Below, in pieces: positions 44,311 to 54,400 of a stretch of 64,000 bases of DNA (positions are counted from its first letter, which is position 1; each line of letters opens with the position of its first letter). The position numbers and the translations under genes are program-made. The stretch comes from a virus: the IMG/VR virus record IMGVR_UViG_3300043427_003501, positions 1 to 64,000 of that record. The stretch is one strand, 5' to 3'. Below the pieces are notes generated by a model that was not told the DNA's origin, did not search any database, and saw nothing but the letters and a program-made list of their open reading frames with translations.

Positions 44311-44630
44311 AGGGCTTACCGCAAAGAGAGATCGACTTTGGGTTTCTCTTCTGCGAAGTAAGCCACTTCTACTCGATGTCTTATCGAGAGGTGTTGGAGA
44401 TGCCGATCAGAGCGTTCTGGCTCATGAGCGGCAATGTGAAGAGAGTTAGAGCGTACTCGGATGTTCGATCGCTGACGGTCGCAGCGGCAGCTCAGAGTGC
44501 GGATGGAATAGAGGAGATCAGAGAAAGACTGGTTTTGGAAATCGGTACTGTGATTAACGAGCCGCCAACCGTAGTCGAGCGTGACGAAGCAGGGTTTGCA
44601 GAACTGAGAGCGATGGCAGCAGCAATGTAA
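44298..44630 (+). CDS. -1 frameshift extension of the chaperone (gpGT-like)
   Basis: G GGA AAC at 44298-44304; the -1 frame (GKRLKGLPQREIDFGFLFCEV...) is open into ORF 44376-44630. Confidence 0.8.
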   Translation, partial: GKRLKGLPQREIDFGFLFCEVSHFYSMSYREVLEMPIRAFWLMSGNVKRVRAYSDVRSLTVAAAAQSADGIEEIRERLVLEIGTVINEPPTVVERDEAGFAELRAMAAAM

Positions 44631-44641
44631 GGAAGCGGAAA

Positions 44642-47600
44642 ATGCTCGGTGGTGAAATTAAAGTCGTGATGACCCTGGATAACGGGCAATTCACGATTCA
44701 AACTCAGAAGTCTGGCCAGGTAATCAAGGAGCTCAAGCGTACCCTTGAGGACACTGCTCGCTCTACCAAAGTTCTCGAGCAACGCTTCACGGGTCTCTAC
44801 GGCCGTTTTCAGGACTTGGTGAAGACCGCATCGCTGCTGCGGTATGCCCTGCACGACATCCATGATGTCTTTGCGGCTCTACCTGGGGCCATTCTCAAGT
44901 CGTCGGGTGAAATTGAGCGCATGACTCTCCTTATGGAGGGCTTGAGCAAGCAGACCGACTCGGCGGCTAAGCGAGCGGAGGCTCTGTCGAACGTCAAGTT
45001 CGTGTTCGACATGGCGCAGAAGAACCCCTTCGACGTCAAGGCGCTTACCGACTCCTTCGTCAAGTTCAAGTCTGCAGGGCTTGATCCCACCAACGGCAGC
45101 TTGCAGGCCCTTGTGGACTCGGTGGCACGCTTCGGTGGCACTTCCGAGGCGCTAAAGCGAGCCTCGATCGCGATTCAGCAGATGGCGGGCAAGGGCGTCA
45201 TCTCGATGGAAGAACTGCGACAGCAGTTGGGTGAAGCTGTGCCCAACGCCATCAACATGATGGCTGATGGTGCAGGCATGTCGATGGCCAAGTTCACCAA
45301 GCTCGTCTCGACGGGCACGGTGGAGGCATCGACCTCGCTGAACAACATGTTTGCCATCATGAAGTTCCAGAACGACGGCGCTGCCGCCGCAATGATGCAG
45401 TCGTGGACCGGCATGCTGGCGCTTCTCTCCACCAAGTTCGAACTCTTCAAGAAGGAGGTCGGTGACAACGCATTCTTCGAGGAGTCGAAGAAGCAGCTCC
45501 AGGACATCATCGACCTCTTCGGGCAACCGCAAGCCAAGGCCTTTGCGAACGACCTTGGCGAAAGCCTTGCTCAGATCGTTCGCGCTCTTCGATCCGTCAT
45601 CGAGACGGTTGTGGAGTGGTGGGGCGTCATCAAGCTCGCCGGCCAGGCATTCCTTGCCTATTTCGCGATCACGAAGGTCCAGGCAATGTTCAACGCCCTT
45701 CGTGGCGTATTTATGGCCAAGGTTGGCCTGTACCAGACAGATGTTGCAGCTCAGCGCGCCGCATTGGCTGACAAGTTGAATGCAGCGAATCAGGAAATTG
45801 CCGCTGAAAGACAGCGCTACGCGCAAAAGGTAGCAACCATTGCCGCAATCAGGGATGCCGAACTGAATGCGCATGCCAACCAAGCGTATGACCAAGAAAA
45901 AGCCGCGAAGCAGAAGTTGACTGCTCTGCAAAAGGAACGAGCGGAGGCTTTTAAGCACTATCAGACACTCAATCAGCTCCATCAGCAGCACTTGATGCAG
46001 AAGATGGCTGCGGAATTGGCTGCCGAAGCGGCAATGCGTCAAAAGAAGGCCGGCTCGGCGGCTCAAGCTAGAGCTTATACGGCAGAGGCTAATCGTCTTG
46101 GCGGCAACGCCGCATTGATCGGCGCTGAAGTTGCCAAAGCTAGAGAACACTCCGCCGCCCTTGAGGCTCAGCGCATTGCTCTTCTGCGACAGATTGATGC
46201 CGCAAGAATGTCTACCGTTGCCAATTCGCAACAGGCGGCATCAGCCGCAGCCGCAGCCGCCCATGCTCGAGAAATGGCTCGTTTGCTTCAAGTTCAAGCG
46301 GGCGCAGCTACCGCAGCAGCATCAGGCGTGACGCTCTTTGGCCGAGCAATGTCGGGCCTGGGCGTCGTATTCAACGCTTTTGGCGGTTGGGTAGGTGTAG
46401 CAATCGGCGTACTGGTAACGCTCGGCTCAAAACTCTATGAGTACATGAATCGCTGGGAGGAGTTTCGCAAGGCAGTAGATCGAACTAAGAGAGGCATGTC
46501 TTCTGCGGAAGATATGGAACGGTTTAAGAAAAATGCTGAAGAGTCCAAGGGTGAAATTGAAGCGCTAAGCAGAGCCCTTAAAGACTTTGACGCTCTTTCT
46601 ACTGACCAGCAAAGGGCTTTCGCCTTTTCAATGGGTAGTCGAACAAAGCCCAACGCACAAGGTCGCCAAGAGGGTGATGCTGGGGAATATCGAAGAAGGC
46701 TTCAAGAGGGGCTGAATAAGCAGATTGCGATCTATACAGAGGCGCAAAATGGCCTTGCCGAGCAGAAGCGCCTGATTCGTGAAGAGGCAATTGCCACGGA
46801 AAGCTCACAGTACCAGCGCGAGTATGAGCGCGGTGTAATGGCTCAGTTGCGCACCTTTCAGGAAGGGGTAACCAGACTTACTCAAGAAGAGCAAGAGGCT
46901 CTAAAGAAGGCTCGGGATGCTGCTGCCGCCAAGGGAAGAAAGCTGACCCAAGGCGAAGAAGAAGCGCTTCGCAAGCGCTACATCGATGCTCGCAATGCAA
47001 TAGTTCAACAGGAGGCTCAATATCGTCTGACTTATGCACTGGAGAAGGATAAGACTCTCCAAAGCATGATTGCGGTCGAGAGTGACCCGAAGAAGCTCGA
47101 AGTTTTGAAGGCTCAGCGCGACTTTGTTGCTCAGCAGATTCAGGCGGCTCGCGAGCGAATTGTCGGTACGGTCAATTTAGGCAAAACCAATACGGCTGTT
47201 AAAGACCCCAAACCTAAGCTGCGCGAAGACCCGCTGGTGCGCATGGCTGCAGACCTTGAAGCAGCCGTTATTGCCGCCAGAATCAAGTACGAAGACGTTC
47301 TGGACGAAGGGCGAACCCTCAAAGCGTTGAAGAATCAAGTTGCCGTTGAAGTCTTCGGAGATATGGCTGAGGGCAAGTTTGATAGCAAGGAGCAAAACGC
47401 CGACGGTGAAATGGTGCCCAATTTTATGGGCGGTAAGGATGCACGGAAACTATACGCGCAAAACTTCATTGGCTTTCTCGAACTTAACAAAGGAGGCGTT
47501 GAGGAATTTATCGCAACTCTCGACAACCTTAAGGACAAGGAAGCCATCCTCAAGCGTATCAACGACTTGTTCATCCTTCGGCAATACACCGAAGGCACTC

Positions 47601-49057
47601 AAGCTATTGAGCAAGCGCGTCAGATTGGAATTGGGGCTGCGAATGATCTCAAGAACGCCTCAATCGACGTTGCAGACAATGGCCTGAGCAGAGAGAGCGC
47701 AGCACTCAATGCCGTAATCGAGCAGTTCAACAAGTTGGAGGCTAAGGTTCGCGCTTCTGGCAAGGGCTATGAAGAGTTCCAGCGTATTCGCGATAAGGCC
47801 GTCGGCGATGCTACGGCTGCTCGAGAGATCAAGGTTACCGCTGAGCTGAAGGAGGCAAACAATAAGTACATCCAAGATGTTAAGAAGGGTGTGGAAGAAA
47901 GTCGCCTTGCCAGAAGCAAGGCATCAATGGACTTTCGGCAGCTTGCTCGAGCTCAATACGAAGAAGAGCTAAGACTTTTCCAAGAGAAGGAAGATAAACA
48001 GCAGGCCGAGCTTACAGCTCGCATGCTGAATGGTTCAATTTCGTGGCAATTTTTCGAAAGCGAGAAGAGTCGCATCACAGCTGCCGGTGAGGCATATAGA
48101 ACCGAAGCAATGGCTCGCTGGTTTGAAAACTCAAAGTCCGCAGTCGCGAAACTGAGGGATGAGTGGCAAAACTCTGTGAACGCGATGAACCAGGCCACGG
48201 CAAATTGGGCCAACTCCTTCATGGATCGGTTCATCAATGTCATCACTGGCGGCAGCTTCAAGTGGAAAGAATTCGTTGCCGGCATGGCTCGTGATCTGCT
48301 GGGTATGCTGATCAAGAAAGAGCTTGGTGGGGCGGTCGTAAAAATGTTTGGAGGTATTGGTCAAAAGATCGGACAGTCTCTTGGTTTGGTACCAGAAGCA
48401 ACATCAACACGAGGTCAGTCACCCGATCAACCCATGTACGTTCAGGATGTTTCAAGCGGCGTGGGTAAGGCGGCAAGCGAAGAGGGGATATTTAAGACCG
48501 TTAAGGATAAGCTCACAGATACTTGGGAACAACTCAAAAGCGGATTGAGTAATGTTTGGGACAGCCTTAAAAGCGGCTTTGATAGCGTTATGGGCTGGCT
48601 CAAAGATGGAATGAGTTGGATCACAGAGGGTCTGTCGAGCTTCTTTGGAAGCGGTGGTGGTGGCGGCGATATGTTGGCGACAATCATGTCCTTCTTTGGT
48701 TTTGCAAAGGGTGGGGTGATGACAGGTTCAGGCCCCATGCCTCTCAAGCGATATGCAATGGGCGGGATTGCTAAGAGTCCACAACTTGCTATGTTTGGAG
48801 AAGGCTCAACGCCCGAAGCGTATGTCCCACTACCTGACGGACGTTCAATCCCCGTTTCGATGTCGGCTGCACCAGTGACAAATAACGGCGGTACCGCCGT
48901 CTACATCACTATCAACGTCGATGAAAACGGACAAGATCAAGAAACTTCGGGGTCTGGCGATGCAGAGACATGGAAAGTGATGGCAAGTCGTGTGAAGGGT
49001 GTTGTGATGGAAGAGCTTGTTAAGCAACAGCGCCCTGGCGGCGTCTTGTACAAATAA
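44642..49057 (+). CDS. tape measure protein
   Basis: 1471 aa; tape-measure domain (PFDVKALTDSFVK, QMAGKGVISMEELRQQLGE) and C-terminal FAKGG...GEGSTPEAYVPL. Confidence 0.92.
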   Translation: MLGGEIKVVMTLDNGQFTIQTQKSGQVIKELKRTLEDTARSTKVLEQRFTGLYGRFQDLVKTASLLRYALHDIHDVFAALPGAILKSSGEIERMTLLMEGLSKQTDSAAKRAEALSNVKFVFDMAQKNPFDVKALTDSFVKFKSAGLDPTNGSLQALVDSVARFGGTSEALKRASIAIQQMAGKGVISMEELRQQLGEAVPNAINMMADGAGMSMAKFTKLVSTGTVEASTSLNNMFAIMKFQNDGAAAAMMQSWTGMLALLSTKFELFKKEVGDNAFFEESKKQLQDIIDLFGQPQAKAFANDLGESLAQIVRALRSVIETVVEWWGVIKLAGQAFLAYFAITKVQAMFNALRGVFMAKVGLYQTDVAAQRAALADKLNAANQEIAAERQRYAQKVATIAAIRDAELNAHANQAYDQEKAAKQKLTALQKERAEAFKHYQTLNQLHQQHLMQKMAAELAAEAAMRQKKAGSAAQARAYTAEANRLGGNAALIGAEVAKAREHSAALEAQRIALLRQIDAARMSTVANSQQAASAAAAAAHAREMARLLQVQAGAATAAASGVTLFGRAMSGLGVVFNAFGGWVGVAIGVLVTLGSKLYEYMNRWEEFRKAVDRTKRGMSSAEDMERFKKNAEESKGEIEALSRALKDFDALSTDQQRAFAFSMGSRTKPNAQGRQEGDAGEYRRRLQEGLNKQIAIYTEAQNGLAEQKRLIREEAIATESSQYQREYERGVMAQLRTFQEGVTRLTQEEQEALKKARDAAAAKGRKLTQGEEEALRKRYIDARNAIVQQEAQYRLTYALEKDKTLQSMIAVESDPKKLEVLKAQRDFVAQQIQAARERIVGTVNLGKTNTAVKDPKPKLREDPLVRMAADLEAAVIAARIKYEDVLDEGRTLKALKNQVAVEVFGDMAEGKFDSKEQNADGEMVPNFMGGKDARKLYAQNFIGFLELNKGGVEEFIATLDNLKDKEAILKRINDLFILRQYTEGTQAIEQARQIGIGAANDLKNASIDVADNGLSRESAALNAVIEQFNKLEAKVRASGKGYEEFQRIRDKAVGDATAAREIKVTAELKEANNKYIQDVKKGVEESRLARSKASMDFRQLARAQYEEELRLFQEKEDKQQAELTARMLNGSISWQFFESEKSRITAAGEAYRTEAMARWFENSKSAVAKLRDEWQNSVNAMNQATANWANSFMDRFINVITGGSFKWKEFVAGMARDLLGMLIKKELGGAVVKMFGGIGQKIGQSLGLVPEATSTRGQSPDQPMYVQDVSSGVGKAASEEGIFKTVKDKLTDTWEQLKSGLSNVWDSLKSGFDSVMGWLKDGMSWITEGLSSFFGSGGGGGDMLATIMSFFGFAKGGVMTGSGPMPLKRYAMGGIAKSPQLAMFGEGSTPEAYVPLPDGRSIPVSMSAAPVTNNGGTAVYITINVDENGQDQETSGSGDAETWKVMASRVKGVVMEELVKQQRPGGVLYK

Positions 49058-49070
49058 GTCACGGGTGACA
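49057..49070. promoter_or_regulatory. operator-like palindrome
   Basis: AGTCACGGGTGACA fills the TMP/gpM junction. Confidence 0.65.
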
Positions 49071-49072
49071 CA

Positions 49073-49411
49073 ATGGCGCTAACATTCAACTACGTACCTG
49101 AGTGGGGCAGCAAGCTCGAACAAGAGCCCCGCGTACTCACCACGAAGTTCGGTGACGGTTACGAAATCCGCTCCCCTGACGGAATCAACAATAACCCCGA
49201 AAAGTGGACTCTTCAGTTCACGATGGGAACAGCTAACGCTTCACAAGCTCTTGCCTTTCTACAGCAACGAAATGGCGTCGAGGCTTTCTGGTGGAAGAAT
49301 CCATTTGAAGTGACTAAGTTGTACAAGTGCTCAAAATGGACATTTGGTAGGGAGCGTGGATACAATGTCCTCAGCATGACATTCGAACAGGTCTTTGAAG
49401 CCGCAACATGA
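49073..49411 (+). CDS. minor tail protein M (distal tail)
   Basis: KFGDGYE...GINN, FL...GVEAFWW, FEQVFE. Confidence 0.88.
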   Translation: MALTFNYVPEWGSKLEQEPRVLTTKFGDGYEIRSPDGINNNPEKWTLQFTMGTANASQALAFLQQRNGVEAFWWKNPFEVTKLYKCSKWTFGRERGYNVLSMTFEQVFEAAT

Positions 49412-50106
49412 TTCGCACAGAGATTCAAAAGCTGGAGCAATCGGCTCTCGTTCAACTTTTCGTACTGGATTCCACCAATCTTCCTGGCGGATCAATCCTT
49501 CGGTTTCATGCTGGAACAAACCAGTTGAGTCAGCCTGTTGTTTGGCAAGGTCAGACATACACGCCTCTGCCCATTCAAGCAGATGGATTTGACGTCAGTG
49601 CAAAGGGAGCTTTGCCGCGCCCAAAGATGGTGGTGGCCAACGTGGGTGGTTTCGTCTCGGCCGAACTGGCTGATATGGACGATCTGATCGGCGCTCGCGT
49701 CATTCGAAAGCGCACTTTTGCAAAGTACCTAGATGCGGTCAATTTCCCCGGTGGCGTCAATGCAACTGCCGACCCCAACCAATACCTGCCTGACGACATC
49801 TGGTACGTCGAGCGCAAGGTAATGGAAGATAAGAAGGTGGTTGAATTCGAACTCTCATCGGCGTTTGACTTGATGGGCGTCCAACTGCCCAATCGCCAAA
49901 TCATTCAAAACTCCTGCCCTTGGCCATATCGAGGCACGGTTTGCGGCTATACAGGTACCGGCTACACGAAGGATAACTTGCCCACGACGGCCAACTCCGC
50001 CACCGATGTGTGCAACAAAACGCTGACAGCCTGCCGCACTCGGTTTGGAACTAGCGTCATTCGGTTTGGCGGGTTTCCAGGAGCAGTGCGTGGAACTAGC
50101 GGATGA
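49408..50106 (+). CDS. minor tail protein L
   Basis: VWQGQTY...PIQADGF, RTFAKYLD, C-terminal Fe-S Cys set CPW.YRG..CGY...C.K...AC..RF..FGGFP. Confidence 0.9.
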   Translation: MIRTEIQKLEQSALVQLFVLDSTNLPGGSILRFHAGTNQLSQPVVWQGQTYTPLPIQADGFDVSAKGALPRPKMVVANVGGFVSAELADMDDLIGARVIRKRTFAKYLDAVNFPGGVNATADPNQYLPDDIWYVERKVMEDKKVVEFELSSAFDLMGVQLPNRQIIQNSCPWPYRGTVCGYTGTGYTKDNLPTTANSATDVCNKTLTACRTRFGTSVIRFGGFPGAVRGTSG

Positions 50107-50842
50107 CTTCAATGAAAAGGCTCGAGCTCTTGCCGAGCAAAGCTATCCCAACGAAGCCTGCGCTCTGCTTGTTGGAGTAGGAAAGCGATCAAAGTTCTTT
50201 GCTTGTCGCAACATCTCTACCGACCCGACATCGCAATTCCTGATTCATCCTGACGATTACATCGCCGCTGAAAGCGCGGGTGACATCATCGGTTTGTGGC
50301 ACTCTCACACAAACACGAACTCAAGCCCCTCTGAGATTGACATTGCCTGCTGTGAAGCGATGGAAGTGCCCTGGATCATCTCCTCGATCTGGCAGGAGAA
50401 TGAAGAGTTCAAGCATGGTCCGATGACGACCATCACACCTCTAGGCGAACCCCTTGAGTATGTTGGGCGACCCTACGTCTTTGGCCAGATCGACTGCTAC
50501 TCATTGACGGTGGACTTCTATAAGCGCGAGTTCGGCATCGTCCTTCCGCCATTCAAAGATCGTCGAATCGACTTCTGGTGGAAAAACGGTACCGACTACT
50601 TTGGAAACTTGTACAAGGAACAGGGCTTTCAAGATGTTGAAGGAGAGTGGAAACGTGGAGATGTGGTGATGTTTGGTGTTGGCTCTGACATTCCAAATCA
50701 CGTTGCAATCTACCTTGGTGCCGGTATAATTCTTCATCATGTTGTAAACCGCCTCTCTCGAAGAGAGGAGTGTTCACCCTACTGGTCGGAGAAGGTCGTT
50801 CGTTGCGTCCGACATAAAGATGCTCACCAAAGTAATCCTTAG
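50090..50842 (+). CDS. tail protein K (JAB/MPN + NlpC/P60)
   Basis: PNEACAL, WHSH, GRPYVFGQIDCY, NHVAIY, LHH. Confidence 0.88.
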   Translation: MELADDFNEKARALAEQSYPNEACALLVGVGKRSKFFACRNISTDPTSQFLIHPDDYIAAESAGDIIGLWHSHTNTNSSPSEIDIACCEAMEVPWIISSIWQENEEFKHGPMTTITPLGEPLEYVGRPYVFGQIDCYSLTVDFYKREFGIVLPPFKDRRIDFWWKNGTDYFGNLYKEQGFQDVEGEWKRGDVVMFGVGSDIPNHVAIYLGAGIILHHVVNRLSRREECSPYWSEKVVRCVRHKDAHQSNP

Positions 50843-51467
50843 CGGTCCCCTCGGCAAGAAATTTGGAAGGAACTGGGAGCTCGACGTCTCCGGTCCGGCC
50901 GAAGCTCTGCGTTTGATCGACGCCAATGTTACGGGCTTTCGTAAATGGATTGCCGATAACGCCAAAAAGTACCAAGAGTACCGAGTTACTGTGGAGTATG
51001 AGGACGGTCGTAAGGCTGACCTTGATAGCAATGAATTTGCCACTCACTGTAAGGCGAAAACGATTCGATTTGCGCCGTTAATCAAGGGCGCATCAGGTGT
51101 GGCCAAAGTTATTGTGGGCGCCATCATGGTGGCGATAGCTTACTTTGTACCAGGCCCCTGGAGTCCATATCTCTACAAGATTGGCGCTGCCATGATACTT
51201 GGGGGAGTTGTGGAGCTACTCAGTCCGCGACCCAAGACCAAGAACCAGGATGGCACTGAGCTCAACTCCTACTACTTCGACGGACCTCTGAACACCGAAC
51301 AACAAGGTCGGCCCGTGCCGCTCATTTATGGTCGTGTAATGACGGGTTCTCAGGCAATTTCTGCCTCCATTTCCATTGACGAACTGTCCATTCCCGCAGT
51401 CAAGCCTGAAGCTCCAGGCACAGATGTCTGGGTTGGTGAGTCCAATGGCTATATTGACGGTCCCTGA
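50820..51467 (+). CDS. tail assembly protein I
   Basis: LSGPLGKKFGR, SYYFDGPLNT..QGRPVPLIYGR. Confidence 0.88.
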   Translation: MLTKVILSGPLGKKFGRNWELDVSGPAEALRLIDANVTGFRKWIADNAKKYQEYRVTVEYEDGRKADLDSNEFATHCKAKTIRFAPLIKGASGVAKVIVGAIMVAIAYFVPGPWSPYLYKIGAAMILGGVVELLSPRPKTKNQDGTELNSYYFDGPLNTEQQGRPVPLIYGRVMTGSQAISASISIDELSIPAVKPEAPGTDVWVGESNGYIDGP

Positions 51468-51475
51468 GTATTCTA

Positions 51476-54400
51476 ATGAACGAAGTTAAAGACTCCCTAC
51501 AGTCGCGAGCGCTGCTGTCCATTCTTGACCTTTTGGGTGAAGGCGAGATTGCAGGTCTTGTAAATGGCGATCGGTCGATCTTCTTTAACGAGACCCCGCT
51601 TCGAAACGCTGACGGCACCTACAACTTCAAAGGCGTCACGACTGCCGGTACCTACGGAACAAATAATCAGTCACCACTGACGGGTTTTGGCAACTCGGTC
51701 GAGACGCCTTACAACATTGGCGTCAAGCTGAGCTTTCTCACTCCTTATACGTTTGCAGTCACCAACTCCGCAGCCGACTTGGCGCGGGTCATTATCAATA
51801 TCCCTGGACTTTCGAAGACCAATTCGGAAAACGGCGATATTAACGGCACGACCGTTGAATACAAATTTCAACTTTCAACAGATGGCGGCCCATTTCAGGA
51901 TGTCGCCGTCGATGCGGCATATGTAGATGATGTCACATGGTCCCAAGTCGGCGGTTACTGGCAAGTTACCGCACCTGCTGGCTCTTCGAAACTAACAGCC
52001 TCAATTACCGCAACCAGCACAGGCAACGGTGTTGGCCAAATCGTCTTTCAGCCGCAAGAGTTCAACGGCACCTCCTGGGTAAATCTGGGCGAGACAAAGA
52101 CGGTTGAGGTTATCGGCGCCTGGGAGAACAGCTATAGCGAGGCTCCCGCATTCAAGACTCGCGCATCTTTGTCGATGCCTGTTGAGAGCGTCTACAGCAC
52201 GATTCGATTTGTGCCAGTTTCGGTTCGACTTGACTCTGGAACCTCGATCAGTCCGGCTCAGGGTAACGCATCGTACTGGAAGCGCAGTCCTACAGTCACG
52301 ATCAGTGGCAAGACTCGCTCGAAGTACCAGCGAAGCCACATTCTGAGCTTGCCGACGCCGCGCACAAGCGCTCAAATTCGCGTCACTCGCCTTACAGCCG
52401 ATGCGGCAGATTCGCTCACGGTAAACGAGACATGGATTGAATCGTTCACTGAGATCACTTCGCTGAACATCAACTACCCGAATTCCGCACTCGTTGGCGT
52501 TCGAATCGATGCTCAGCAGTTCAACTCAATCCCGTCACGGGCGTATCTGGTTGACGGCCTGAAGATTCAGGTGCCGTCCAACTACAACCCTGTCACTCGA
52601 GTCTATACGGGAGTTTGGAACGGTACCTTTCAGACAGCGTACAGCAACAACCCGGCCTGGGTACTGTATGACGTTCTAACGAACAACCGTTATGGTCTTG
52701 GAAATTACCTGACGCCATCGCAGGTAGACAAGGCGGCCCTCTACACAATCGGCAAGTATTGCGACGAGCTTGTACCAGATGGGCAAGGCGGGACAGAGCC
52801 TCGCTTCACAATCAACACAGTCATTCAGAATGCTGCCGACGCCTACAAGGTGATCATGGACATCACCTCGGCATTCCGAGGTATGGCTTTTTGGGATGGT
52901 GGAGTTGTGGGTCTCATGCAGGATTCGCCTGCAGACCCCTCAATGCTCTACACCAATGCCAACGTAGTGGATGGCATGTTCTCGTACACCGGAAGTGCGA
53001 GAAAAGATCGGCATAGCGTCGTTCATGTGACATGGAACGACCCGTCGGACAACTATAAGCGCAAGGTTGAGTACGTCGAAGACCCTGAACTTATCCAGCG
53101 CTTCGGTATTCGCCGTACCGATACGCTGGCTTTTGGCTGTACATCGCGTGGTCAAGCCGCTCGTGTCGGTAAGTGGATTCTCTATACCGAGCGCTACGAA
53201 TCTGATGTCATTCAGTTCAAAGTTGGCGTCGATTCTGCATTCTTGTCGCCAGGCGAAATCATCAAGATTCACGACCGCGACAAGTCAGGCAAGCGCTTCG
53301 GCGGCAGGCTGGTTTCTTGCACTACAACGGGCGCTACTCTCGACTCTGCCATCGAGCTGACCGCTGGAACAACCGTCATCTCTCTGATGATGCCGGATGG
53401 CACATTTGTCGAGCGCACTCTTGACCAAACCAACGGAACCTTCCTTAACGTCACCTGGGCGCAGGCACTGACGCAACTGCCGGTCGCGGACGCTGTATGG
53501 ATGGCGTCCCAGGGCACGCTGTCGCCGATGTTGGCGCGAGTCATTGGAATCGCTCAGGGCGAGGACAACACATTCGAGATTTCGGCGGTTGAGCACAATC
53601 CATCGAAGTTTGGAGCCATTGAGCTGGGGCTTGCTCTGCAGACGCAGACAACCTCCATCATCGATCCGAAGTTTGTTGATACGCCGGAAAGCCTTCTGAC
53701 CGTTGAGCGACAGCTTCTGAATGACCTCGGTCAGCCCGAAATTCGCCTTTCGATTTCGTGGTACAGCAATGCCGGTCGGCATGAAATTGCCTATCGAAAC
53801 GTCAGTGTCGATAGAGGCTCTAACTGGACTCAACTCACGATTGAGAACCAGAACTTCTTTGAGATCGTCAATCCTAGTTTGGGCGAGTACGAGATTGCCA
53901 TCACCGCAATCAACCCTCTGGGCAGGCGTTCAAAGACGGCTCGAATCAACCACATCGTTGTTGGCAAAGTTGCCAACAGTGATCTGCCGACAGACCTGAC
54001 GATTCGTCCCATCTTTAGCGGTATTGCGCTGACCTGGACAAACGCAGGCAACAAGGACTTCTCTGGTGTCGAAATCTGGCGCAATGCGTCGAACGCAATC
54101 GGAAGCGCACAGCACATCGACACAACAGCCTCGTCTACCTACACCGACATGACGGTGGATGCGGCTGACGGTGAACGCTTCTACTGGATTCGTGCGTTTG
54201 ATGTCTACGGCAACACGACCAGCTATGTAGGCCCTGTCAATGGGTCGGCGCTTGACCTTCCCGAAGGCACATACGATCCAACGCCCCCTCCAGCGCCAAC
54301 CAATGTCACAACAAAGTCGATTGTTGGCGGTGTGGTTGTCAGCTGGGATGCGCCAACTTACTCCAACCACCAAGTTGCAGAAATCTGGCGTGCGACGTCG

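Noticed and set aside
38354-46231. Long minus-strand ORFs opposite the capsid, tail tube and TMP genes (38354-39457, 42988-43728, 45152-46231)
   Set aside because: Antisense shadows caused by codon bias, with no recognisable motifs
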